The translations under genes were made by a program, and so were the position numbers. Below, piece by piece: positions 52,761 to 64,000 of a stretch of 64,000 bases of DNA. This DNA comes from Vicugna vicugna. Lineage: Eukaryota. The stretch is taken from NCBI GenBank assembly GCA_013265495.1, contig MU058844.1, forward strand, positions 11,120,184 to 11,184,183. The letters run 5' to 3'. The notes below the pieces were generated by a model. It made no database searches. It was not told the DNA's origin and saw nothing but the letters and a program-made list of their open reading frames with translations. Each line of letters opens with the position of its first letter. Within the stretch, counting starts at the first letter, position 1.

Positions 52761-53779
52761 GCCCTTAAAATTACTTTTTATGCCTTTTTGCCTTTGTGTT
52801 AACTAGATTGCAAATATGTTGTCCAATGAGTTCTTGTCTTACTGGTTTCCCTAACAATTTTTGCCTAGTGCTGTTTAGATAAGCTAATAATACTTGTTGA
52901 ATCAAAGCATTTTATAGCAAGGCAAAAATTAACAGTGATAAAAATTAAAATAAAAGTTATCATTGCTAAAAATGTGTTTTGTGACTGTAACATAGTGCAT
53001 GATTTTCCAAAAACCTTGGAAAACGCACACCAATATCAAAAAGAGGATAAAAACGGATCATTAGTCAACCACTTTAAGATATGCATTCTTCATATTTGGG
53101 TAGATTTCCCCTTCTCTGATTATTGGTCACATGGTTGACTATTTAGCTGAGGAAAATGAATAATGCTATATTGTAAGCGATTTTTCCACATCATTAAAGC
53201 GCTTGATCAAGTTTATTTAAAAGACTGCATAACACACTGTGCTATGATTTACATCTTAATTTTCCAGCTCTTAGACCTCTAGGTAGTTTCCAATTTTTAC
53301 CATTATAGGAGATGATCATATTTGAATTTCTGATTATTTCTCTAAACTGGGTTTTAAGAAATGAATTTATTACAGAAAAGAAAAAGAATATTTTGAAGGG
53401 TTTTGATAAATATTGCAAAATTATTTTCCTTGGCATATTTCCAATGTCCACTCTTCCTAACTAGGTAACTGACTTAATTTTTACCTACAATCTTGCCAGC
53501 CTTATGTATTTTCATATTTTTTTTCTTAAGTGCTGTGGAATATAAAAGCAGAAACCCCAAAACCTTTGCTTTCAAGATGCTCTGACTGCTGTGAGACACA
53601 GATTAAGGACATACACAAAAGAAGGTACTGAGGACACTGTCAGAGTGATGTTTCTACTTTTCAAATGTCAAAATTCTCTACTGTATTCCATTTCCTTGCA
53701 GTGGTCCATCTGGCTGTGGAACCTAAACTTTCCAGACCTGAATATGTTTGGATTTCTTTAAAGCAAAGAATGAAATATT

Positions 53780-54013
53780 AGCCACTATATATAAAAATAG
53801 ATTTTAAAAAAGTTTCTTCTGTACAGCACAGGGAACTATGTTCAATATCTTGTAATAACCTTTAATGAAAAAGAATATGAAAATGAACATAGGTATGTAT
53901 ACGCACAACTGGGACACTGTGCTGAACACCAGAAACTGACACATTGTAACTGGCTGTACTTCAATAAAAAATGCATATATATATACACACACACACACAC
54001 ACAAACAACAAAA
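53780..54013 (+). mobile_element. Short cetartiodactyl-type L1 3' end with microsatellite tail and probable TSD
   Basis: ctgtacagcacagggaactatgttcaatatcttgtaataacc...tacttcaataaaaa, then (TA)n(CA)n. AAAGAATGA occurs at 53765 and 54014. Confidence 0.85.
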
Positions 54014-54707
54014 AAAGAATGATATGTAACAATATATTTCATTATTTTAATTTGCATTTATGTGATGTATAATTTTGATCATTTTTAAAATTGTGTATTC
54101 TCACTTTTATAAGTTACATGATATATACTTTCCACATTACAAATGTATAGAAATGGGACATTAGGATTTTTCTCCTGTGTGTATATTAGATGAGTCATGG
54201 TTCTCAGAAAATTATTTTCTCAAGTTATTTAAATATATTCATGTACAACTTCGGCAACTGTATCATTCTTCTTTTAAAAATATCTCTGTATATCGACATA
54301 ATCCATGTCTTCTATTTTCTGCTTATAAATCTTTTTATTAACTGAATTTTTCAGCATTTTGCTTTGTAAATTTAAAGAATAATTACCTAAATTGTACTGA
54401 TTTTCAGTGTACCAGTTCAGGAGTTAACTATTGTTTAGGACTTTCCTCTTGCTGTCAGTGAAACTGAATTTTTTAATATTCACATTCTTGCTTCCTTGGT
54501 TGGAAACCTTTTCCATTTTATTAATTCTGTATTTGAGGATTGCAGTTTACTTTAATTTTTGAAAATCATGACATTTTTAAGTTCAGAAAAGAGAATAGAG
54601 AATAACATGGCAAGTCTACACATAATTATCATTCACTTTTATCGTTTTTTCAAGTTTTGCAATACCTGCTATCAATAATTTTTGAAGAAATAATTTTAAA
54701 AAATGAC

Positions 54708-55290
54708 TGCATTAGTTTGCTAGAGCTGACCACACAAGTAACTGATTAAAGAACAGAAGTTTGTTATCCCACAGTTCCAGAGGCCAGAGGTCTGAAATTA
54801 AGGTGTCAGCTGAGCCATACTCCCTCTGAAGCCACCAGGGGAGGATCTGTTTCAGATCTCTCTCCTAGCTTCTAGGAGTCACTTGGCCAACGGCAGCATC
54901 ATTTCAATCTTCACATGACGTTCTCCCATTGTGTGTGTGTGTCTCTAGGTCCAGATTTTCATTTTTTAATTTTTTTTAATATTTGGGGGTTTTGGGGGTA
55001 ATTAGGTTTACTTATTTTTCTTAATGGACATAGGGATTGAACCCAAGACCTTATGCATCCTAAGCATGCGCTCTACAACTTAAGGTATACACTCCCCCCA
55101 AATTCTCCATTTTTATAAGGGCACGGGTTATATTTGTTTTGAGACCACCATATTCAGTACAACTTCATCTTGATTAATTACATTGGCAACATCCCTATTT
55201 CCACTATTTCTGTAGAAGGTCACGCTCTGAGTTACTGGGGGGTGTGCCTTCAGTATATGAATTTGGGAAGAACAAAGTGCAACCTGTAAC
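54708..55290 (-). mobile_element. MaLR LTR (MLT1C/D-like), interrupted by a SINE
   Basis: gcattagtttgctagagctg...cacagttccagaggccagaggtctgaaattaaggtgtcagc...aaggtcacgctctgagttactgggg...atatgaatttggg. Confidence 0.88.
54967..55099 (-). mobile_element. Camelid tRNA-derived SINE (vic-1-like)
   Basis: Minus strand GGGGGGAGTGTATACCTTAAGTTGTAGAGCGCATGCTTAGGATGCATAAGGTCTTGGGTTCAATCCC...AAACCTAATTACCCCC plus A-rich tail. B box GGTTCAATCC at 55043-55034. Confidence 0.85.
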
Positions 55291-56139
55291 AATAACAGAT
55301 ATCCTTGAAGCCATTTGTAAAATCCTCCTTGAACAGCGTTTTCCCTCTCAAAATGATTTTTAGAAGTCTTTTCCTGTATTGTATACTATATTACACATGA
55401 ATGGGTCCATAAGCAAGATGTAAGTCTGTCTGGTATATTCTCGATATCTGTATAAATATTACATTTGACTTACCACTCCGTAACTTGTTTCTTTTTGTCA
55501 GTATTTGTTCTCCGGTTCCAATACGATACATTTAAGTCTGATTTTATCTTTACTGATCCTTTCTGGTCCTTACAGCAAGTTTTTTAGTCTGAGAACCTAT
55601 ATCCTTAATTTGGAAAATTTGCAATATTCAGCTGCTTAAATTCTTGCTTTTTCACTATTTTTTCCATTATTTTTGTTTGTTTGTTTTTTACATTGTATAA
55701 TTTAAAGGCTTTATTTTCCCCCACAATTAGCAAATGGGTTTCAGGCTAGTTCAACTGGAAGTTTTCTTCCTATGGTTACTCTCCCATTCTTTTGTTTAGA
55801 TTATTTGTTGATACTTTTCAAGCTACCTTTCAAGTCACTTAAGTCATCTGTCTCTCTGTGCTGAGTATCTAGTACAACATTCTGCAATTTACTAACTCCC
55901 TAGGATTATTGAGCGGGATGGAATATTTCTTTCAGTGAATATACTTTTCATTTCCAATATGTCTAACTGCTGCTTCATATACAACTTATTCTTATTTCTT
56001 TTCTGCCTATTTTTGTTTCAGAATTTTTTGTTCATTTTAACCATGGTTCCAAATACCATGATTCCACATGTGTCTTTCAAAATACTAAACACATATACTT
56101 AAAGTTTGTATTGAATCATCTACAGAATCATTCTCACCT

Positions 56140-56290
56140 GCAAGAGGGGAGGGGAGGGGAGGGAAGGGACAGTGGGAGTGTCTGCCCTGAGCTGCAGGCA
56201 ACAAGGGAATATACTGACTCTAGAGAATTTAAAAAATGAATTAAATTTATTCTACTTTTTATCATTACCATGGTCTAGCATTTCCAAACA
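56140..56290 (+). mobile_element. hAT-Tip100 DNA transposon 5' fragment (MER97-like)
   Basis: gtgggagtgtctgccctgagctgcaggcaacaaggg...tagagaatttaaaaa...tttttatcattaccatg. Confidence 0.6.
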
Positions 56291-56293
56291 TTG

Positions 56294-56780
56294 ATGAGAC
56301 TGACCAAGAGGTCTTTAATGTTCCCCTCAGCTGGATTAAACCTCAGGTAGGTTTCTTCCTGACCATAACACACTCCTGAACTCCCTTTTCTTAGAACGTC
56401 TCCCCTTTGAGATGAAAATCTTCTTCCAGACTGTTGCCATTTTTACAACTCAGAAATGTCTTTCTCAAGACCTAGGAGTCATCCTTTCGAAATGTAATCA
56501 TCAAGAAAGCTGGAGCGTCTATCTCTCAGTCTCTGTGGGAGGGTAGAAGCCCAACTTCGATAAGCACCAATTAGCAAACACAGATGGCCTAATCACATCA
56601 ACCAAGCTCCCCTCAAACGAATACCTTCTGGTACTTTTCCATTAGCTCACCCCAGGGCTAAAATAGTCTCCCATCTTTTGTTTCAAGGAAGTTTAGTTCA
56701 AACTCTCTCCTCTATTGCGATTCTCTTGAACAAGGTCCTCCTTGCCTGTTTGACTCTGTGTGGTATAATTGCTCTTTAAT
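56294..56780 (+). mobile_element. ERV1 solo LTR (MER89/MER90-like)
   Basis: TGagactgaccaagaggtctttaatgttcccctcagctggattaaac...ctcaagacctaggagtcatcctttcgaaatgtaatcatcaag...cacagatggcctaatcac. Confidence 0.75.
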
Positions 56781-56984
56781 AGTTCAAAATCCTCTGCTCC
56801 ACAGTCATCTGGAGTCCTCTACTAGTCTTATTAAATGAGATTACATTACAATTGTTGGCTGTGTCTGTCTGTCTTAACATGAAGTATTCTCTTACCATTA
56901 GTTTCCAGGGCTGCTGTTAGATTTGATATGTGACTAAATGTGCGAATTTCCTACCATATATCCATTTCTCTCTTCTTCCTTACT

Positions 56985-57203
56985 ATTTTGCTGAGTGTGA
57001 CAGTATTTCCAATTAAAAGATAGTGCCTTGCACGTAGCACTGGCCAGGTGACGAAATTCTGGACAATGAGATGTAGGCGGGAGTCAGGGCAGTCTACTCC
57101 CTGACTTCTCTTTCTTGAAATATTAATAAACCCCAACCTTGTTTAAATGACTGTATTTAGGTTTCCCGTTACATTCAGCTCAGCTTAAACTTCAACTGAT
57201 ACA
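56985..57203 (+). mobile_element. ERVL LTR fragment (LTR33-like)
   Basis: tggccaggtgacgaaattctggacaatgagatgtaggcgggagtc...ttacattcagctcagc...aactgataCA. Confidence 0.65.
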
Positions 57204-58639
57204 GCTTCCATGGCACATCTAACCTGCCACAAAGAATTACTCATTTAAGGAAGAAGAACTGCAGTTTGAAGAAACAGTCCTGTTTCACGGCAGATGGTGA
57301 CACGAGCGTAGGCCACTGACTCTGACTCTTGGTGGCGCATCTCCTCACTAGTCAACATACTTCCCGGAGCTTAGGAAGCATTGATTTACATTTACTTTTC
57401 AGACACCCAATACCACCTTAGATCAGAGGGGTTTTTTTTTTTTTTGTAAGGACACAATTAAACATACAAAGTAGCAGTAAATCTACACACTGACAGTAAA
57501 AAGAGAGAGACAAAATAGTAGGAGAGTGGCAACTGGAGTGGGCGAAGACGAGTATCAATCAGACTGACCCCGGGGTGGCACTGTGCACTGTAATGGAGCC
57601 TATTAGCTTGTAATCGTATCAGCTCATTATCCTGCATTACAAGGTATTTTAAAATGCTGTTTTCTTTCTGGATAGATAGTAGTGTTTTCACGCAGTTCCC
57701 TGCAGCAGTCACAGATGCGCAGGTGCATTATTCTGCATGCTCAGATTTCTAACCATAACACACACAAACTGGTCATTAGGCTTATGTGTCCTTCCCACAT
57801 ATACTGGAGATTTTCTTCACTCCATGTCTTGGTTTGTTTTTTGGTATTTCATTGTGAACTAGCATTCTTGTGATGTCTCATATACATCTTATTGACCCTC
57901 AAGTGAAGAATTAGTCTTTGACTATTAAACCTTTTAACGTTAATTAGTACTGATCTAATTAACAAAGTCACAGTTACATATTTTGTGATCTGGAAGAATG
58001 TTTGTGGAAAAAAATAATTGTTACTGACTCTTTGAAACTCAACTTAATATTTCATACTTACGAATGTAAATATTTAGAAACCCCACACCCCAGTCAAATT
58101 TGGTTTCTAATAGGGAAAATAAGCAACTAAAATCATACATACCACTACTTCCAATTCATACTTATGAAAGTGAGTGCTTTGGTAAAATATTTCAATTTTA
58201 AAGATAACACAAATCAGAAATTTTAAGTGAAAAAAGAATGAATTACATCCTAATAAAGACATGTATTATTTTAAATTGTATCTCTAAAAATCATATCCTA
58301 TATAATGATCAATGTTTCCTACAACAAAATATTTGATTGGACAGTGTAAGTATCATGGAGAAGATTGATGAATCAGAACTAGGATTTACTAAGATACAGG
58401 GTAGACGGTGGTCTCCTGAAGTCACTTGAGCACCTCACCTGCGTGCTCAAAGACTCTCTCACATGCCCTTATGATGCCACCTTATTTGAAATGTCACTGT
58501 TTGCTGAAGGGCATCACATAGCTCACTGAATCAGCAGGAAGAATGGAAAAATTCTTCAGGAGGAACAGAAGGAGTTAAGGTTCATCAAAGATTCAGCCAC
58601 GGAAGTGTATCCTCAGGGCATGTGCAGATTACATCACGC

Positions 58640-59020
58640 TCCCAACTCCCCATTCCCTATAACAGCATTACACATGCACACCCTCGCCGTGGCCTCCTGG
58701 CAGAGGAGGTGTACTTCCTAGCCTCCTGACTTTGAGCTTGGTGGTGTGACCTGCTGTGTCCAATGGGATGTGAGGGGACATGATGAGACAGCAAAGGCTT
58801 GAAACATGCCTGGAATGTGTGTGCACCAGGTATACTGCTGTCCCAGAAAATGTGAGCCATATGGAGAAATCCCAAACACTAGGAATGGCCTGGAGCCAAG
58901 TCCAGCCATGCGCAGTCTAGATCAGCTGAGCACCAGTTAACATGCCATGCCTGAGTGAGAAGCAAGTGCATTTGCTGTATGCCACTGAGATTTGCTGCGC
59001 AGTAGAAGCTGAGTGACACA
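58640..59020 (+). mobile_element. Old MaLR LTR (MLT1H/I-like)
   Basis: gtgtacttcctagcctcctgactttgagcttgg...gtccaatgggatgtga...gctgtatgccactgagatttg...agctgagtgacaCA. Confidence 0.8.
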
Positions 59021-60189
59021 GGCAAACAATGGCCTCACCACTTCTGGTCACTGATAGCCACAGATGTTGTTAACAAATAGCAGTGAATATCCTTGGGCTT
59101 TCCTGATTTTCCCCTGAAGTGTTAAATTCCCAAATGAAAACAAGTAATTAGGTGTCAAAAGGTAATTTTGCTCCTTCTGCTTTCCCAGTAGAAGGTGAAG
59201 TCACTTCCTAAATATTTAAGGGTTATGCCAAAACAGGAAGGGCATCCCAACCCTGGAGAGCTAAAACAGCAAATACACACTGCAGTTACTCCAGTGAAAG
59301 CTGGAGGCACAGAAAAGAATCCCAATTTAGGGAAATAAAGGCTAATAGTGTAGCACTTTCAAAAGATCTTCCTAATAATTATTACACCAAAATAATAACT
59401 CAATGTTTATTTTTAAAATGTGGAAAACAAAAGAAAATTTGCCACCTTTTCGTCAGGTCTTCTCTGAGCCTTTAAAACACACACTCACACACATATACAA
59501 ATTTGGGGGCTTTCCTCAGTGAAAGAAGGCACAGTGTGTAACGTTCCCCAAGCCTTGACTAGTGACCTGGTTTTTTTTTTTTTTTTTGGCATCTCATACG
59601 TGATCTGTTTTGTCTGTCCCCTATAAGACAAACTGAGAAATACTGTTAGAGGGAAGTACTTTTGGAGTACAAGGAATCAGTAACTAATCATGCCTGTCAG
59701 GAGTTACATGTAGAGAGGGGTGCTTATGAGCAGAATCTAGAATAATGTGTTGCACTTTTCCAGGGACACTTTTGCAAGAGGAGCATTGCGAGTACAGGAA
59801 AGACAATCTAATATGAAAGATAGATATATGTAAGTACTCGGGAATTTCAGTAAGTGATGCCCAACAAGGACGATGATGGTTATAGCAAAAGCAACAGAGT
59901 CAGCATGGCCTGGTGCTCAAGAATCTGAGCTCTGGTCTCCAGCATGCCAGAGCAACTGGCTCCATGAACCTGGACAAAGTAAGTTACTTCTCTCTGCCCC
60001 AGCTTCTTCAGTTATGAGGTGCTAAGCTTGGTGGCACACTGCAAGCATGTTAAATAATTCAAATAGGCTTTAGTGAAGCATGGGAGGTGGGGAAGGGTCA
60101 GTAAGGTAAGAATATAGAGCTAAACTAGGAGCCAGCTTAAAAATACATATACACTAAAAACAAAACCCAACCACTCTCCAAATAATACA

Positions 60190-60435
60190 GTTGATAAGTA
60201 TTGAATATACGCTTTTAGTCAGGTACTTTTTATACTATTTATATATATAAACTCATTTATCTTCAAAATAATCACAGAGATAAGTACTAAACTTTGCTTC
60301 AAGACAAACAAGGAAACTGGAGTACAGAAAGATTAAGTAATTTACCCAAAGTTATACAATTAGTAAATTGCAGAATAGAACTGAATTTGGAACTCTGCAC
60401 ATCTCGCTCTAGAGTCCATGGTCTTAACCACCATG
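60190..60435 (-). mobile_element. MIR SINE
   Basis: ataactcatttatcttcaaaataatc...aaggaaactggagtacagaaagattaagtaatttacccaaagttatacaattagtaa. Confidence 0.85.
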
Positions 60436-60999
60436 CTGGTGGCTTTTAAAGTAATTTTTTTTTCACCTCAATCCACAAGAAATGTGTTTCATAATACTGC
60501 CCTGTGCCATAATTTGTACCCCTTTCTAAGGAATTTAGAATTTATTCTACAAAAAAATAGAGAGCAAGTGAAGGTCTTTAAAGGACTAACCGAATCAGAT
60601 TACAAGCTTTAAAAAATATTCTCAACAGTGTGGAGGTTAAACTGGAGAGAACTGGCATGGGAAGGAAGAAGTCTACTAAAGGGATTTTTGTGATACTAAA
60701 AAAGAAAATAATACATGGAGCGCAGAAGATGGTAAACATAATCAGAAGACATGACCGAGTGCCTGATAAAATTGAGAAGGTGAAACAGAGGAGGAGATGG
60801 AGGGCAACTCCCATGCCTCCATTCTCATGATGCAAGAAGATAAATGTAAAGATGAGCAGTTGTGCTTTCTTTCTGTCATCAGTTAACTTTGTACCACCTT
60901 CTCTAAGCAACAAGGTTATCCCATCTTTGTTCTACTTGATCTATAACTCAATTACTGACTCATCTATTCATTCATTCAATAGTTATGAATATAAGTATA

Positions 61000-61095
61000 T
61001 TCCTATATAAATGAAGTATCATGCTGTACCCCAGAAATTGACACAAACATTGTAAACTGACTATACTTCAATACAAATACATAAAATAAAAAAAA
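61000..61095 (+). mobile_element. Very short cetartiodactyl-type L1 3' end
   Basis: tgctgtaccccagaaattgacacaaacattgtaaactgactatacttcaata plus A-rich tail. Confidence 0.8.
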
Positions 61096-61459
61096 TAGTT
61101 ATTAGTACCTCCTATGGGCAGGTAATGGTCCAGCTGCTTGATGGAAGCAAATTAAGAAGGGAAGTGGAACAGGGGATGTGATGTTAGGGATGGGAGCTCA
61201 AAAACGTAAATCCAGTGGAGAGGGGAGCCTTGTCAGGAAAGTGAGACTTGAACCTACAACATGTGAGGTTGTGGGCTTTGTCTTTTCTTGAGAATTTTTT
61301 TCTCAGTTCCACCATCTTTGCTTTTTCAATTTTCCGGATTTAACTGATGTTAACTTTTATATTTGTCTTCCTTGGGTGACTCTTCCTCTTCTTAACCAAA
61401 AGCACTGAATATATTAAATACCTATTATTAACCAGGGATTGAAATAATCACTTTGTTTG

Positions 61460-61625
61460 TATTCTTATAATTTAACCATCAAAAAACTTCTGAGATAGGT
61501 CATTTTATTATTCCCATTTACAGATGAGGAAACAGTTAACTTAAACCACTTATATAACTTGCTCAATGTCACAAAGCCGGTGCGAGAGAAAAACTTTCAA
61601 TTCAAACTACAAAGGCCTAACCACT
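61460..61625 (-). mobile_element. MIR SINE
   Basis: ttattattcccatttacagatgaggaaacag...taacttgctcaatgtcaca. Confidence 0.8.
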
Positions 61626-61667
61626 GCAGGTCTTAATTATTATTCTACATATAATAACTTCTTTGTA

Positions 61668-62008
61668 TAGGCATATCTCGGTTTTATTGTGCTGCTCAGA
61701 TATGGTGATTTGTACAAATTGAGGGTCTGTGGTAACCCTGTGTCAAGCAAGTCTATCGAGGCCATTTTTCACATTTGCTCACTTGCCTGTGAGTCACATT
61801 TTGGTAATTCTTGCAATATTTTAAAATGTTCATTTTTATATTATGGTGATCTGTGATCAGCAATCTTTGATGTGCTTATCCTAACTGGGGTGAATGGCAC
61901 CCCTGTAAGATGATGAACTTAATCAATAAATGTTGCATGTGTTCTGATTGCAGCACTGATCCCATCGCCTTCTCCTTGGGGCTCCCTGTTCCCTGAGACA
62001 CAACGATG
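61668..62008 (+). mobile_element. Tigger1 (TcMar) 5' end fragment
   Basis: TA|taggcatatctcg...caaattgagggtctgtggtaaccctgtgtcaagcaagtctatcg...tggtgatctgtgatcag...ccctgagacacaac. Confidence 0.9.
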
Positions 62009-63760
62009 TAATCCTTTCCCCGTCAGGGACCCAATACCATACAGGTAAGCAAGTACAGGCCACTATTTAGTGACCCTGGTTTAGACCACAGTGAGCATGA
62101 AAAGAGATCAGATAGAAGCTTGATGAAAAGAGATGTCTATGATCCTGTGTTATGTGTAAGCTGCTAGAATATAGCTTACAGATGCAACAGCCTAATTTTA
62201 ATTTTGAAACTTAATCAAAAAACAAGAGATTTAGCAGGCAACAGCTGCTCTGGAACTACGTCTCAGGTGTTCGCAATCATTCACAGCATCTTAGAAGACT
62301 ACTGCCTGAAAGAACGTGATTAAAGGTGCTGGAGAGAACGGTCACCACTCTGTAAATCAAGTAACACAAGCAAATTAATGTAAAAAAGCACAAAGATAAG
62401 AGAGTGCACTTTTTAAAAAGATGAAGCCTTCAGTGCTGGCAAAGGCATCTTCAACTACTCAGACATGACCACCTTTACATTTCAGTAATCAACAGTAACA
62501 TTTGAACAAATGTGCAGAATGTGGAATACATAGAGTATTGAAACCCATAAATGTTCGTCAGTGTGCAGTGCGATGCAAATTTTTAACAATTTTGTTTTAT
62601 ATTTTCAGTGATTCTATCTGGTGATAAAATGATCATTTCATCTGTTTTCCCACTTGAATTCAGTGTAGGACTTGACTGACTGGTTTCCACTGTCTTTTGC
62701 AAATTTAAGGTATAAACAAATAAATAAAGATGTATCAGATATGCTCCTCTTAGCAGAAAAGTAGTTTTTGAATGTCACTGGACCATCTGGCTCCTTTATT
62801 AATCATTAGATGATTATATAAGAAATTGGTAAGGTTTTCCTTCAAAGAAATATAAAAGATAAGAAAAGTTCAGAAATCATCTCTGATTTCTGGATGAAAA
62901 GAAGTATGGGTATGTGTGTAGGAGGGCAGACTAGCCATCTCTGAAGGCAGACGTATTTACTGCTAAACACTTGGCACAGGATGACGTATGATCTTCCACG
63001 CTTGTTAACATCTCATGGGATGCTTCTGCTACCTGAGAGCATGCATTGGGCCAAACTGCACAGTGTGTCAAACTGCACAGTGTTTCTGTAACGTTTAAGA
63101 TCTCTACAACATAGATATCATGTCTCAGTTATGTAGCAAAAATAAAACTCTCAGGGCAGTTTTATCATGTTAAGAATTAAAGAAGAAGTGAGTCATTATT
63201 TATACGTCTAATCTGTACAAAGATGAATTCAAACTTTATTTTGAACTGTCTGCATTTCTTGAGGAAAGAGTTGTGTGAAAGAAAGGTTGTGTGTTCGTGT
63301 GTATGTAATTAATTTTTCCCAGTTTCATATATAGATATTCAATTTAAAATGTTACCTTACATAAATATGCACAGGCTGCATTTACTTTATGACAGGGAAG
63401 AAGTATAGAATGGAATATATTATTAAAAATGACATTGCAAAATTTTAAAGAAATTTAAAAGAAAAAAGGGACAAAATACAGAAATTCCACCTACCTATCC
63501 CAGCCTATCTCTTAGAAAGGCATCCAGTAATACCAGGAAATATGCAAAACATAAATGAGATTTATTTTTGAGAAAAACTCTCCAATAATGAGGAAACTAG
63601 AGGTATTAACCAGAGAGCTTTACTTGTGATGCATGGGTCTGGACACATGTGCATAATAAGCATTGAATATTTACAACGATCCATTTTGAAGTCGTAAAGC
63701 TGCACCACTGGCTATAAGCAATTGAGACTCACTACTGGATTATTTTACAGCTGAAATGTT

Positions 63761-63822
63761 ATGTATATAATATGTATAATTTATATATATTTTATATATA
63801 TAAATTATATATATACACATAC
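63761..63822. repeat. (TA)-rich low-complexity tract
   Basis: Seen directly. Confidence 0.9.
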
Positions 63823-64000
63823 ACAATCAACTAGAAATACAGCCTTACCAAAGTCTATAACTATAAATTCCAAAGGGCAGTGACCATAAGGTTTTAATGT
63901 TTTGTCCACCACTCTCTCTCAGCATAATAAACTCTTCACAAACACAACAATCTGACTTACAAAATCAGAAGGCATTTTGCATACATGTATTTTAATTGCT

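Noticed and set aside
55030..55099. tRNA gene
   Set aside because: Degenerate head of the SINE, with no intact cloverleaf.
15020..56780. Two related same-strand ERV1 LTRs as the ends of one provirus
   Set aside because: They are 41 kb apart, clearly diverged from each other, and have no gag/pol/env remnants between them; they are independent solo LTRs.
63052..63083. Short direct repeats (CAAACTGCACAGTGT x2; similar ones at ~37820, ~46765, ~48400, ~51035)
   Set aside because: Ordinary local slippage duplications, not arrays. No CRISPR-like repeat-spacer structure is seen anywhere in the window.
1..64000. ORF-track entries as protein-coding genes
   Set aside because: All are short (up to 164 aa), many have non-ATG starts or lie within or antisense to L1/LTR/L2 sequence, and none has a recognisable domain.

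Overview
AT-rich, CpG-depleted mammalian genomic DNA, most likely camelid (alpaca, llama or camel). The evidence is a tRNA-derived vic-1-type SINE at ~54967-55099 and several cetartiodactyl-type L1 3' ends. I recognise no protein-coding exon or RNA gene; the ORF-track entries are chance or repeat-derived. Much of the window is old interspersed repeat: L1, L2, MIR, MaLR/ERV1/ERVL LTRs, MER5, Tigger1 and a hAT fragment. Repeat family names come from remembered consensus sequences and boundaries are approximate. L1s and LTRs lie mostly on the + strand, which suggests intronic DNA of a minus-strand transcription unit. The best non-repeat signals are: (i) a CpG-containing minus-strand TATA / short exon / GTAAGT module at ~48977-49085; (ii) minus-strand exon-like segments that could join into a 70-aa ORF; (iii) a divergent pair of CTCF-like motifs at ~34.9 and ~39.8 kb around a repeat-poor block. 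All three are hypotheses. No novel biological system is established from the sequence alone.
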